The position numbers and the translations under genes are program-made. This document shows positions 13,738 through 30,350 of a stretch of 64,000 nt of DNA, in pieces. The notes beneath the pieces were generated by a model, which was given only the letters and a program-made list of their open reading frames with translations, had not been told where the DNA came from and made no database searches. The stretch covers positions 113,336,001 to 113,400,000 of the forward strand of contig OZ024742.1 in NCBI GenBank assembly GCA_964016885.1, written 5' to 3'. Source of the stretch: Eledone cirrhosa. Lineage: Eukaryota. Each line of letters opens with the position of its first letter. Position 1 is the stretch's first letter.

Positions 13738-14689
13738 ATATATATATACATGCATCAACATATAATAATTTTACCGTGCGAGAAATGTTTCATACTTACA
13801 AAACAGTGAGCTTGCTTACAAATTTAATGAATATAAACCTCATCAGGCGAATCCGAAGCACGATATAGAACACATTTTCAGAGACATAATTTACTCTAGA
13901 TTGTATTTTCTGTCGCACAATTCAGATGCTTTTCACCGTTTATGCACAACAAACAATGATATGTATAATGATGGGAATCCTTTTTTAAGCTATACATTTT
14001 ATGACACGTTTTAAAATTGTAAGACAGAAAATAAGCTAGGCGCTATGACTTTGTACGATATGATTTATTCTATGAATAAATTATTTCTCTGTTCAGAATG
14101 TTTTTCCTTACTAGACAACCAATGTCTATGTAATCACTGTCTGACTTATTGCGGACCAAACCATGAGAAATACAAAAGAATGTTTGTAGAATATTATATT
14201 GTGAAGTAAAATAATTTAGTCATTCATCAATTGATTAAATTATCAATATAGATTATCCAAAAATAGATTTTTTGCCAAGGTTATTTTGAAATTAATTTTG
14301 GTCTAGAATTAATTAGGTAGATCTAATAATCCTGCGTACTATGTTTTGTTTCATTGTTCAAGTATGCATATGTGGTGATAAATCTGAAATAATAATCCCC
14401 AACTGAATATGTCATTTTCCTTTTGTTAGTCAGTTAATAGACATCACCAACATATAAACTCTGCAAAGATGTGAATAATGAATCCAATTATTAAACGCTG
14501 TTCTTTTCCCCTTTTTTTGCGCATACGGATACATATAAATACGGATAGATATACCTCCGACGCGATATTTTGGACAGACCTTCGGAATGCATTTCGACTG
14601 TTTCCTATTTGTCTCGCTGTTTTGTAGAGCACACTTTGGACATTAGGATATATACGAGATTAATTTTTCAACCAACAATATACAAACAT

Positions 14690-15790
14690 ATACCAACATT
14701 TCTTACACCAAAATGCTTCTCGACAAATTTGCTGTACGGTGATAGGGCTAATGCTGCCATTGAGAAATTTAACATTGATTACCCCAACAGTTAAAGTCTT
14801 AACCTCATTCAAAGCTGACCTATTAGATATATTCACCACCATTAAGTTTTGTAAGTTCCATAATCCCTGCAAACACACACCTGTAAATTACAGTAAAACA
14901 TTCAAATCTACTAGGGAAGTATTTTGTGTTTTCGGACAAAACAAAAGGGAATTGTATGAACTGGATAAACAAGATTGATGATGCGGCCAAATATACAAAG
15001 ATATTGCCATAAACCATAAAACAGACAAGAGAGTAGAACGCTTAGCAGAACGTGATGCCTCCGTTAACCTAAAATGTCACAAATGCTGATTACACAAACA
15101 AGCGTAACTATTGATTAATATATCCTGCAAGGACAGACTTATGACTAGCTAGTAAAATAAATAGACATCCATTCTTATATTTTTAAAAACACCAATCTGT
15201 TAGTGCGGAATGATACAACACCTGTTATATCGCCGTTCACAGAAATTACCATTATGATCAGGAATACATTCACAAAGATTGATATAGATGTTTATCCCTT
15301 TATTCCTAGGAAACGCTTCAGATATTGCTCGTTTTTTTTGTACACAGCGGTGACATAGAATGTGACCTAACATTCCACGCCCGTAGAATCCCCCTAGTTA
15401 GTAACGGTACTACCCGTGTAAAACGATCTGACACTGTTGATCTTTTGATATCTGTGTGTCATCCTATGACAGAGCTAATGCTTGTAATCTTATCGGCTTA
15501 TGCATTCTACATACGCTAATGTCTAAATTACCAACCCACTCCTTTAGTCTAGACCCTGACTATGGTATTTCGTTTTCACAGAATTGTAACGGTTATATTT
15601 TAGATTGGTAACGATTACATTAAAAATTTAAACGATATATTTCGTGTATTGGGACTTGAAATTACGGTTGATACAAACATTACTAATGCAGATTTCCTTC
15701 GTGCATACATAGACATAAGCACAGCCTAACGAAACATTGAAAAATATTAATAAAGGCGCATGCCACACCGTGAAGTGCTGTGTGTATCCC
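14690..15790 (+). mobile_element. Highly decayed PLE RT remnant
   Basis: Fragments FKADLLDIFTTIKF, KRVERLAERDASVNLK, DIDVYPFI and EITVDTNITNADFL are collinear with the RT at 2077-3260. Confidence 0.6.
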
Positions 15791-15859
15791 CATCATTACG
15801 TGTACACACACATACATTCACACAAACACGCACACATTGTGTGATGGACGGTTGGACAG

Positions 15860-16480
15860 AAGTCACTCAAATTTATATATATGTGAATGGAGTTCCACTG
15901 AAGCATGTAGTGATCAATATCACTGGGCCGTGTTCATGGGTAATGGGAGGCAGGTGGCTGAATTTAGTGTAAGAATTGCAAAGGGTGATGCAGTAATGTA
16001 CCAGCTTGAACATTCAGTAATCAGATACAGGGAGGTAGGTATAAAAGCTAAATTCGCTGTCCTCCTGGTATGCCTGCAAATCCTTACCGAGTGTCATGGA
16101 TATTGAATAATAACCTAAATAATGCAAGTGCAAACACAAGGGCTGAAAGTTCTTTGTAATAACATTAGTCGGAAAAGTGCATAGCTCGGAGATCAGAGAG
16201 TCACTCCTGGTAGAGACGCCACTTCTCCGGATTGAGAGATCACACCTTCGATGCTATGGGCATGCATTTAGAATAGCTCAGGCAAGACACGTTGGACACA
16301 TTTTACACGCAAAACATTTTAACCAGAGGTAGAACCGGGACAAAAGTTGGATACATTCATGAGTTTGGCTGGCCACGCTTTGGGATCCAGCTGGATCAGT
16401 TAGAAATCTTTGCTTCTGACAGACTCGCTGGGAGGAGTGTTTGAGAAGGACTCTACACCCATAACCCTTTTAGAAAAAAG
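15860..16480 (+). mobile_element. RTE-clade LINE 3' fragment, decayed
   Basis: RIAKGDAVMYQLEHSVIRYREVGIKAKFAV and VHSSEIRESLLVE..LLRIERSHLRCYGH match post-RT RTE motifs. Confidence 0.7.
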
Positions 16481-16969
16481 TGGGCAAAGAAGAGGATATT
16501 GTCAATTTACATATCATACTATAATACTATTACGTACACTAGATATGCTAGTAGAAAACCACTCAGTGGCGGTTTTTCTGGTAGTATTAATAAGTATTGA
16601 AGAAAAAGAAGAATTACCAGGTGCACGCTCCCCTTTCCAATGAGAGTAAGATGATTTAAGATTTAATAGATAGAGAGTTTTCCACCACAACAGTGACTCA
16701 ATAACATATTCAATTGCAATTCCGTCAAGATATCCTGCTCATGGATAATTCGTTATTCGTAAACTATGCTTTTAGCACACTTTATATTTAAGAGATTTTA
16801 TAACCACGTATAAGCAGCTGTAGATTATGTCAACATTGTTGTCCGCTTGCATTATGAAGGCATGGTCAATATTGATCATCGAAACCTTAGATATCGCTTT
16901 TGTTCCGTGTATGAACACACAACAATATCATTGTATACATATATATAATACACACGCATATATATATAT

Positions 16970-17024
<55 letters not shown>

Positions 17025-17039
17025 ATAATAATAGTAATA

Positions 17040-17132
17040 ATTGTTTCTACTTTAGGCACAAGGCCAGCAATTACCCAGTGCATTACTGGTACTTTATTTT
17101 ATCGACCCCGTAAGGATGAAAGGCAAAGTCAA
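17040..17132 (-). mobile_element. SINE central/3' fragment
   Basis: gactttgcctttcatccttacggggtcgataaaataaagtacc; the same motif occurs at 59865-59953 on the plus strand. Confidence 0.7.
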
Positions 17133-17288
17133 ATAATAGTTGCAACGTTTTTTGAAATATCCAGTTCTGCGTTTACAGATTGACTTTGTCAGTTTCAGAA
17201 GATCCCGTTAAGGGTGAAAGCAACGATTCTTTGCTTAAACTTTAATCTGTTATGTTAATAAATATATATATATAAATATATATATATA

Positions 17289-17355
<67 letters not shown>

Positions 17356-17371
17356 TTACATATATATATAT

Positions 17372-17454
<83 letters not shown>

Positions 17455-17689
17455 TTCGTTTCTGAATTTGTTTAGCAAGATTTTCTCTCTGAAAACGTGT
17501 GTTGAAAGCGATATTGTTCTGCTTTGGTAGGGACATGTTGCCAATAAGGAACACACGCACTAGTGCTTTCACTTGAATTTATTATAAATTAAATTTATAA
17601 ATTTAGGAATTTATTAATTTCCGTTTGGTTGGTTGGTTCCACAACCAGACGATTATTCATATATTGTAAAAATCGTTTCGTCACACATT

Positions 17690-20037
17690 CTGTGACCTCA
17701 TAAGTGACTGGGGATTGTTTTCTTTGTTGTTGTGCCTCTCCTTTGTTCTATCCTACACCATCTTGTTTCAACGATGAGCTTCATCTACTTGAAGAACACA
17801 CTGCTTCTCGTCCTCATTCTTGGTGATGGCAACACAATCAGTTATCAACTTGACTGCTCTCTCCGCCAGATCGGTGACTACCTTGATATTGTGAACAACA
17901 GCACAGGCATATTGATATTACCCTTGTGATGACCAAGTTGCAGGTGACAGCTTAAGCCANNNNNNNNNNNNNNNNNNNNNNNNNNNNNNNNNNNNNNNNN
18001 NNNNNNNNNNNNNNNNNNNNNNNNNNNNNNNNNNNNNNNNNNNNNNNNNNNNNNNNNNNNNNNNNNNNNNNNNNNNNNNNNNNNNNNNNNNNNNNNNNNN
18101 NNNNNNNNNNNNNNNNNNNNNNNNNNNNNNNNNNNNNNNNNNNNNNNNNNNNNNNNNNNATCGCATGTAGAACAGAGCATTGAACATACAGATCCGGCGC
18201 AATTTTTCCATTTTATCTTGATCGTAATTGAGTCGCTCACCAAATGCATACATATTTGCACTATAGATGATTGTGAACATCCACTGAGCGATATGATGTG
18301 CATCACGCAGCATCCAATGAATATTACGAGGGGTGACACCAATCAAGATCAATATCATCTCGGCACATTCTCGGTAGTCGTCCCGTGGAAGATAACTCAT
18401 TTTCCCATTGTCGGATGTCAGCAAATGTTGGAGGAACTTGATGTTCCCAGAATACAGACGCCTGAGTCTCCGGTCGACAATGTTCAATGTTTTAATGTTG
18501 GTCTTGTCCGTGAGTGACACCCAATTTTTTTTAACTCCTTGAACTCTGGGGTGTCTGGACTGGACATTGCTTCGAATAGTGGTTCCCTCACTGCACACAA
18601 GATACGCTCCAATGGTGCCGACAAGGAAAATAAAACACCTTTTTGTTGAGCATCTTTCTAGTTTCACACAGGCACCAATTTTCAATCCAGAATTCGAAGC
18701 AGTTGTGTCGAAGACCAAGCCCACCACAGACCTATCAACATTCCAATGTTTAACAAGATCAAATGATGCTTTGGTTTGGGTGGTTCCAGTGCCATCAGGA
18801 ATTATGGGAACACCGAGTTTACCTTCTCTGAAGTCCGGAGTTCCAGCAACTAGCACACCTAGCCTCTCATGGTCACCAGGAATTATTTTGCCATCCCAAT
18901 GCAAGGTAACAAAGTCTGGTACAGCAAATTGTTCCTTTATGTGTTTAGCCCCCACAGTTCTGATCTTCTTAGCTGCACGTCTGCTACTATTCTTGGAGAG
19001 AGTTGTGGCGTCTATGTCAGTCCCACCCTCAGAAATAAGCGAAGCCATAAATGCTGTTTTCTGGCCCAGTGTCAGGTTTAAACGATCAGCCATTAGATAC
19101 ATACATTTTTGGACTTTGAAATGGATTCTTTGGGAGTTCCGGCTGGATTTTTCGTTTCTTGTCTGACTTTGAACTGTCTCTGCGTGGGTTTGAGGCCTGA
19201 AATTCAGGATCCTGTTCATCTTCAGTTTCATCTTCAGTTCATTACGTGGAAGTTTTGCTGCTACAGTTCCTGACAAACGTTTTCTATGGTTCTCTGACTC
19301 TCGACGAGCCACAGAAACCTGATCACGCTTAAACTTTGAAGATAGCCTGTTCTGGTAACCGTTGTCTTCAGCACCCAGATATACTTTTTTCTGGCAACGC
19401 AGGGCTTCGGGAAATGTACCATCTTCCATTTTCTGTTCATTATTACGAAGACGATCTTTCAAAATTTTCTTTTCAGCATCAGTATGTGCAATGCAGAAAT
19501 ACGAATCCAATTCAGAAATAAATAGAGCTTCCTTTTCATTGTTTGACTTAGAACCTTTGTTTTTTTGTAAATTTCTGTATTCACTGTACATGTTCATAAT
19601 TTTCAGTTTCACTTTGTCTTTTCGTTAAGTCGCACATCCAGCTTTTTCACACTGACTAACTACTTCCATCACAAGCCTATCCGCAATAGCACCATTGAAT
19701 GCCACATGCTTTTCGTGTTTCATAGGACCATCTTTTAGGTAGAAAAAATATCTTAGAACATCCCCCTTTGTTCGTATTTTGTTTGGCGAAAAGGATGTAA
19801 CATATTGCCCCAGGAGCGATATTTCTCAATCATCACAACGGAGCGAGTAGCTACAACTAAGCCCACTTTTTTCCGCCATTATTCTGCCAATTTGCAATAA
19901 TTAGGCAAGGCTGAAATTAGGCTGAAATAATCAAAATTGCATTCTAAATTGATAATATACAAGGTGGCATGTGGAAATGCATAGGGAGCTAAGAAAAAAG
20001 CACTTGTGTGTAAAATGTGGGATTCTGGAACACCCTA
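17690..20037 (-). mobile_element. hATm-type DNA transposon with disrupted transposase (ATG ~19879 to ~17750)
   Basis: Motifs TKGDVLRYF, LHWDGK, VFDTTASNSG..GACVKLE, PRDDYRE, HHIAQWM and DLAERAVKLI; 5' terminus TAGGGTG at 20037; the other terminus was not found. Confidence 0.8.
17960..18159. other. Assembly gap (200 N)
   Basis: Run of N. Confidence 1.
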
Positions 20038-20039
20038 CT

Positions 20040-20777
20040 GTTGTAATATAATAAAATAGAATATACTGACAACCATAATTCTTCATAAAATATACTTATA
20101 AATATTTTCTCTATATTAAAACTCACTATTAGAATATACCCAATAATTAGTAGTATATCTCACTTTTTAAAATTAATATTCTACCTCTTCAACACATTTA
20201 TAATTCTCATATTATATTATAGGTACTCCCAAAGTATATAATTATTTAATTAAATAAATAAATAAATATAATTATTTCACTCTCTTTACAACATTACTAA
20301 TACGATCCATACAATTATATATTAATCAATGTCTAACTCTAATATACTTTTTTCTTATATTCTTTAATAAAATTGTCTTACACCCTAATATTAATATAAA
20401 CCACTTTCTCTTCTTCCCTTAAACATTAATCCTAATAATTATTTAAATTATTTAAAATATAGCGTCTAAATATAACGATCTTTTTCAATTTTACGGTATC
20501 CTCATTAACATATTCATCCTAAGATTTGAATTTCTTTTTCACAATTCCAACAGAACTTAAAACAATAATTTATTGTTTTGGTATATGTCACTATCTGTAA
20601 AAACTTTTGTATTTTATCTGATGAGAGCGTGCCAAAATGTTGGTATCCTTCAAATATATATAATAAAATAAATATGGTTTTATAAAGATAGTTTCCGTTT
20701 ATTAATATTATTGACAGAAGAAATATTGTAGAGTGCTTCGATCTGTTATAAATAAACTTGTTGAATAACTCTTTGCT

Positions 20778-20780
<3 letters not shown>
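20040..20780 (+). mobile_element. PLE pLTR fragment with decayed HHR at 20610-20670 (GAAA changed to CAAA)
   Basis: 20600-20770 aligns with the pLTR tail at 56035-56220. Confidence 0.65.
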
Positions 20781-20822
<42 letters not shown>

Positions 20823-20999
20823 TTATATTAGTTCTTCATTTGCTATCTAAAAGGCCATATCATCTTTAATTTAATGTCTTTACATCTTTTGTCTACATAT
20901 CATTGAATCTATCGATTTAGATGAGGAATTTGCAATTGGTCTTGATACAATGCACTCTAACCTTAAATTGCCGCTTGCAAACGCAATAAAAAAAATGGT

Positions 21000-21740
21000 A
21001 AACACTGGACGGGAAAATAGTCCTGAAATTAAATAATGTTCTCAGAGAAAGTGTTAAAGCAATCTGCCAAGACGCCCATGAGTTAAGACAACCACTGTTG
21101 AAATCATTTGGGAAATCCAGACGTCGACGAGCGCCGAATAACATCCGGGTTGGAATGGAACTCAAGAAACAGATAACTCTTGCCTCGACTTTTGAAAATC
21201 AAGTGCTAGAAAATGTCTGGAAATATTTCAAAGCAAGACATAGTTTCTCAGCAAAGCAGAAACAGCAAGAAAGAAAAGAAGCACAAGGAAATATACACGT
21301 TATTGATTTCTTTAGAGACCGCTTGCAGTTCTCCAGGAAGCTATTTTAGGAGCCAAAATCTGTGACAACCACAACAAGAACAATAAATACCACTGAGGCG
21401 TTTCATAATAAGGTAAAGTCAGCATGTAATATTAGTAACAAATGGATGAGAGCTGAGAGTGTATATATTCACAAAAAGCAGAACTCAATCAGAACTGCAA
21501 TTCAGGCGAATATCAGTTTTCAACATTGAAGGTAAATGTGTATGTTCTGCTATAGCTGAAAGTCTAAATATTTACCTCACAGAGAATAAGTACCTGAATA
21601 TGCAGAGTGTCTGGCAGTGTAGAGCATGCCTGAAGGATTTGGGAGTCAATCCAAAGAGCTAGATAAGAAAAGGGATATATAGATATGGCGTTGTTTTATC
21701 TGACAAATGCTTACGACTCAGCGTCACATAAAATAATCCA
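21000..21740 (+). mobile_element. Very decayed LINE RT-like remnant
   Basis: Only weak, scattered RT-like peptides (GKS..PNNIRVG.ELKK; G..YGVVLS). Confidence 0.3.
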
Positions 21741-21759
21741 TCTACATTAGAGATATAAC

Positions 21760-22698
21760 GTGCTCCGCAAAACTCCATAGCAAATTCTAAAGAAGTATCT
21801 TCGTAGTTTCTCCATGCGATTTTCCAACAAAGAATACTGAAGAATCTGGATCAATTTCATGGTTGACATAACCTTGTCTGTGTGATCTTTCATATACTGT
21901 TTGTGTTTCCATGGGAGTTTATCCTGAAAACGGCTATGGGCTAGCCACTTCATAAAGCCTTCAAAGATGTCAATATAATCCTCGATACAAAAAGGGATCA
22001 CATATTTAAGATGCTGAAACATTTGTAGTAGGTAGTTGCAACTTCTAATATGTCGTTCAGATCAACGAAATCCCGCGAAGGGAATGTTGCGGAATCTGAA
22101 ATGGACACAGAAACCCACCAAAATATCCCAACAGTAGCTGAAAAACAATTCAAAAGGCTCAAAAATGAGTTTTACGACACATTAAAATATACTAAAAGAG
22201 GAACCGATACAAAGCGAATGGAGGAATATGTGATTGATATTACACTCTACTGTTTTCTCGCTAATCTGGTGCTTCCTCGGTTGTCTATCGTCGAGTAATA
22301 CAAAATCGGAAAAGCAACGCATTTGACCATAATTAAAAACTCGGATATCTACGGTGTGTGGTTGATCTGGCCTTAGCTGAACACAGGTAGCAAATAGAAT
22401 TTCCAGGAAGTGATATATGCAGCAAAAGAATATTTACGATTAAATATAAATAAATATACACAGGTACAATAACAACAACCACGCATAAACACACACTAAT
22501 AAACACAGATAGAATATAAGAAGACGTGTACTCAGACACGAACACACACACCAAACGTAAAAAGCACTGTCAAACGCATGCGCAAACAGAGAGGTATAAA
22601 TAAATTAATTAAAACGGCTTAGATATTACAATACAACGGAAGCAAACATAATAGTACCAGGGCTAAATCTCGCAGGTATGTCAGGAAAGAAATGTGTT

Positions 22699-22710
<12 letters not shown>
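21760..22710 (+). mobile_element. Decayed PLE 3' part related to the 33250-35530 element
   Basis: 22560-22710 resembles 35110-35285 (caaacgcatgcgcaaa...aaaa.ggc.taga..tacaatacaac); the upstream coding similarity is weak. Confidence 0.45.
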
Positions 22711-24300
<1,590 letters not shown>

Positions 24301-24587
24301 ATATATATATATATATATAAAGAATTAATATCTAGTAACCTATATATACATACAGATGCATATCAATGCTAGCAAATATATAGGTTTTGTCTTAGTAACT
24401 GTGTGGTTCAATGCATGGGGTTGCAGAACAATAATAAGAGAGACGTAAAATAAGAAAATTATAAAATTAACTTACTTACTAAAATTTAACTCTCAACTAA
24501 TTAGTTTCTGAAATGGAATAAATATACTTTCCGAAGAAAATATAGAGAAGTTAAAAATATACCTTTAAATATATATATATGTACCTT

Positions 24588-24641
<54 letters not shown>

Positions 24642-25524
24642 AAGGTATAGTTTACCAGACAAGTTATAAAACATACGGAGCGAAAACCGATCCCAACCAA
24701 TCACTGATTGTGTTACATTATAACTATATATATTCATATATATATAGTGAGAATTATTTTAGAATGGCAAAATAATATAAGATAATATAATTTAATATGG
24801 TTTACCTTCGTGTGGATGAAAATACTAAGTCTCTTTCTCATATTTCAAAATACTTTAAATATGATTTTATGAATTAAATATGTTAGTATGTTTTAATATT
24901 AATATAGATATTTATAAACTTTTATAGCCTGAAATATTATACCTTTAGTTTAATCCATTATTCCTGACTAACATAAGGAATTTGAAATTTAACGGTCAGC
25001 CGAATAAGTTTGGATATATATGATGCATAAATAATTGTTAGTATATTACTTATTAATTGAGGACTCGTAATTAAGCTCTCATATAATTACACCGAAGTAT
25101 ATTTAATATTTAGATAGATGGATACTTCTAGATAATTCAAAGATTCGAGTTTACTCTTTCACAAAACTATGCCCAAATGTATATTTATCTATGCTTTATA
25201 CTATAAAGATTATTCCCATCTGTCTCTCTATCCTTGATCAATTCTCTTTTGCTTTCTATACTTCTAGTAACTATATTTTGTCCTTATCTGTTTCTCCCTG
25301 TCTTTCTTCTTTCTTCAATAATTTAAATTACTTGAATCTCTACCAGTTATGTAAATCGATATTATGTATGTTTAAGCTTTCTCACACGCACCCTCTGTAT
25401 AAATATGTAAGTTTGTTCATGTCTCAATATTAAGGTATATAAATATTGAGTCTTGTCCTATCATATTCTCTACCATGACTGAATCTCAAGCATCTACTAT
25501 GTCAGGGTATGTCATGCATCATCT

Positions 25525-25591
25525 TATTTTATTTGATGAGGCCGTACTGTTGAAGATAGCTCAGTACCTTTGAAATATGTATAATAAAATA
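25525..25591 (+). ncRNA. Hammerhead remnant (TTGATGA) in a pLTR fragment
   Basis: tattttat TTGATGA ggcc-gtactg..cagtac-cttt GAAA TATGTA TA ataaaata. Confidence 0.6.
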
Positions 25592-25659
25592 TACTTGATC
25601 ACACGAATGTCTATTTTTGTTAATATTTTGAATTAATATATATATATATATATACATAT

Positions 25660-25990
25660 ACAATACACCAGGAGGAACATAAGAGTACCACTGATGATGT
25701 TCCAGATGTGCAACGAAATAACTTTGTTAGACTATATATATGTGTTTATATCTGTATTTTTGACCGTTGGTCAGTCAATGATAAACATTGAGGACCAAAT
25801 GAATTAACTGTGGAGATAAAAAAGATACAGAAACGAAAACTAACCAAAGAGTCAGTGTGTTCTGTTATTATTTCTGGCAATATTATTACAACTAGAAACA
25901 ATTATTACAACAATATGACCCTCCTTTAGTATAACAATATTTGTCGACATACGATAAAATATCAAAAATCTAGCAAAACAAATCCTATCG
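25660..25990 (+). mobile_element. pLTR fragment of the 33250-35530 family with HHR-like motif at ~25685-25735
   Basis: Aligns with 35210-35530; CTGATGA tgttccagatgtgcaac GAAA. Confidence 0.7.
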
Positions 25991-25992
25991 CC

Positions 25993-26757
<765 letters not shown>

Positions 26758-26758
26758 C

Positions 26759-26813
<55 letters not shown>

Positions 26814-26824
26814 CATATATATAT

Positions 26825-27290
26825 TCAGGTTTGACGTTCACCACTGAATAGAGCTGGTCGAAAATATTTTAACGTTCCAACTTTCTGTAGGACTGTACAG
26901 TTGGTTTTCCTGGCGGCGGGACCGACCCCCTGGCGCATAGGCCTACCTTGAGTGCTTGGAAAAATATATTTCCCCTTCTTTCGGTAAATGATACTACCGC
27001 CATATAGTACCTTTAAATTACAGATCAAATCAGAACTATTAGATAGATCATTCCTCCCTCTACTTAAGCAAACTCCCCTCCTGGGTAAAGGAATAGGACT
27101 GGTTTTGTACGAGAATGGCGTACCGATGATGGCTGACTTCCTGCTGGCTCAACTGAGGCCTGTTATACATTCCTAGAGTGCTCGGAAAAATCGATTTACA
27201 TATCTTTCGCTAGGCGATATCACTCGGAGTGATGGGCTGCCCAAACTTGAGGTCGCCGGATGTTGTTTGACGGCTAAACAAAGACATAAT
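26825..27290 (-). mobile_element. Non-LTR retrotransposon RT N-terminal fragment (clade uncertain)
   Basis: RQGVGPAARKTNCTVLQKVG..KYFRP resembles RT domain 1 (P..WK...v.l.K.....yRP). Confidence 0.4.
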
Positions 27291-27527
27291 CTTTACTCTA
27301 TAATAACATTTAAGTGTCTTCATAAAATACACTTTCTTTGCTTAAACCTCGCAACCTTAAACAATTTAAACTGTTTAACTTTAAATTTTCTAATTTCTTT
27401 GATTTTATAATGTTAATATTAAATATTAATTTTTTAATTTCATCCTATAAGTCTAAACAAAAATGTAACGTTCCAATCTTTTGCTCACACATTATAATAC
27501 ACTGACACCCACTATATTTACCTCTGC

Positions 27528-28008
27528 TAAGATACGGGTCCCTTTGAAATTTGTTTTCGCGCCATTCCTGGCCTGACTGTAGTCTGACATTAATATCGAC
27601 CTTTCTTCCTCTTTCTTTCTATCTTTTTTCTTGTAGCCATTAACCCTGACTTTTCTTCTTCTTCCTTTTCTTCCTCCTCTTCTCCCTTCTTTCTGTCTTC
27701 CTCCCGCTGACTTATCTTCCTTCCCCTTTTTGTTTGCCTATATTTGACCGGTAGTAGTTGTTAAGATACGGGTCCCTTAGAATAAAAATTTGTTCGCCAC
27801 ATTCCTGGCCTGACTGAATACCGACCTTTCCTCCTATTTCTTTCTGTCTTTCTTCTTATAGCTGACATTAACCATGGCTTCTCTTCTTCTTCCTTCCCCC
27901 TTCTTCCCTCTGCTTTCTTTCTTTCTTTCTTTTTTATTGTGGCATGATATTAACGCTAACTTATGTTCCTATCCCTTTCTATTTTCCTTTATTTGACAGG
28001 TAGTAGCA
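27528..28008 (+). repeat. Two diverged ~235 bp tandem copies
   Basis: taagatacgggtccc...ttcctggcctgactg...atttgac.ggtagtag occurs twice. Confidence 0.8.
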
Positions 28009-28260
28009 CTCTGTAAGATTTAGCTACGTCACTCGTGGGCGACCGGCAAAGGTAGAAGATGCTGGATGGCGGTCGCCCTCGGGTCTTTGATTTTAAGCCC
28101 CATGGATATTATCTATGACATTCACTTATTATATTTTGAATACCTGATGATATCACCGGATTCATACGGAACCCGGTCATTGAAGTGATCATAGTATAAT
28201 AAACCTTTCAAGGATTTACACAAATCCAGCCTCCTGACATTTCATTATATTATATATATA

Positions 28261-28724
28261 TATCACCCCAATAGAATCGTCATAAAATATAAACACACAT
28301 ACGCACGGAGTGACAGATATGTGTGTGTATGTGTGCATGTATATAATTATCACTACTATTAACGACCAGAGACCAATTCTGTAGAATCAGGTTTATTCGT
28401 TGACAGACCATGCCTTTGTGTGACCAACACATCCATGTTAAACCCTGCACGTGCACACACATATATCTATATATATATATGCGTACACAGAATTCACCAC
28501 TGTCGGTTGCGGGGCCCAATCTACATGAATAACTCAATGTGATCAGAATGACTTGTATTTTAATTCACTGTTCTAACTTCTTATATTATGGAAAAGATAT
28601 ATGTGTATGTATGTATATATATATATTTGGAGGCCATTTCTCTATGTGTGTGGGTGTATGTATGTGTATATATGTGTATGTGTGTGTTTGTATGTGTGTA
28701 TGTATATATGTGTGTGTGTATGTA

Positions 28725-28793
<69 letters not shown>

Positions 28794-29480
28794 ATGTACA
28801 TATATATATATATATGTATGTATGTGTGTGCGTATGTGTGTATATGGATGTATGTGTATGTATATATATGTGTGTGTGTGTATATATATGGGTGTGTATG
28901 TGTATGTGTGTGTGTGTGTGTGTGTATGTATATGTATATTTATGTGTGTGTGGATGAGGGTATGTGTATATATAGGTGTAAGTGCAATAAATCCCTTTCT
29001 ATCACTCTCCCGTCTCCTACCGACCGCATGGAAATATATGTATGTATATTGCTTCCAGCCCCTTATTGACCAGCAGCTGGCCATCTGGCCATTGCTAAAT
29101 CTGACCTTAAAAAAAACCACTCCCCACAAATAATTCCTCATTCACTAGCAGAAAGGGACACACAGCAGTCAACTTGCTGCTACCAAGATGAAAACTACTA
29201 TGAAATCCCACACTGAATTTTATACTTGAATTTTCAAATCTCAAATTATAACTCTTCTTATTATTAAGTTTTCTTAATAATAATCAACATTTGAAAAAAT
29301 GGCTTTTGCAGACCCATCGAAACCGGTCATTTTTTATACCCTTTATTCTTTCCTTACCTTATAAAATTATATGTTTTTTTCACAAAAAAAGTATTCTGTC
29401 TGTTATCTATTCCATGTGCCATTACCAACAGCAATTTTCTCTATAACCTTCGTTTTGTGTAGAAACTTACACTTTTCGTA
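28261..29480 (+). mobile_element. Solo pLTR of the Neptune-like PLE at 41796-44362, with variant HHR at 29286-29333
   Basis: Begins at the ORF end (tatcaccccaatag) and matches the reverse complement of 41796-43175 and directly 43830-44362. Confidence 0.88.
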
Positions 29481-29999
29481 TATATATATATATATGGTGA
29501 AATACGTGTGTAGGTGCGAGTTCATACGTGCGTAAAATCTATGTATATTTGGTAATGCATATGTAAGTGTGTCTTTCTTCGTTGTTTGAGCATCTATGTT
29601 TAATATATTTTCTTTAAAATTCCTGCAATTATTCTAATTTCGAAACCTAATTCTTTATTAGACATAAATTATATTACAATTAAATTATCTGGAATATTTC
29701 TCGTTGTGTGCACACAACGCATGCACGCATACACGCATGCGCGCGCACATTCACGTAAACACATATACATACATTGATGCATAGAAATAGAAATATTATA
29801 TATGCTAATCGCTATTTAATTTAGTATATGTATATATCTGTGTGTGTTTGCATATTCTTCTGCGCGTGTGTGTGTATGTGTGTGCGTGTGTGTATGTGTT
29901 TGTATGTACGTGTAAATGATGTTATCATATTGGCAGAGAGTGAATACGGTTGTCTTGCAATTTAAATTATTGATGAAATATTTAATACATTTCAAGATT

Positions 30000-30350
30000 T
30001 CATATTTGACCTCAGGCTATTTTAACTTTTCTGTGAATTTAATTTTTAATTAATTTCTGTCTTAATTATATTACATGGGAAGTTATCACCATAAATGCTT
30101 CTTATCAGAATGTATTCATGCTCAAGTCATCTTTCTGTTCACAAATGCTTTTAATTGGCCACATATTTGAAAATGGAGTCGGGATGTGTATCATCCTTGA
30201 AAAATGATGTCATTCTCTTTAGAATAAATGCTTCAGATGGAATAACATGTGTCTCAACTTAATTACCACCAATTCTTTTAATTCTGTAAGTGTGTTTTCA
30301 GTTGAAAATCATACAAATATTTGTTAACATATATCTACATGAATTATATT
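30000..30350 (-). mobile_element. Possible Tc1/mariner transposase remnant
   Basis: ETHVIPS...DIIFQ-DD resembles the Tc1 second-aspartate region; very decayed. Confidence 0.3.
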
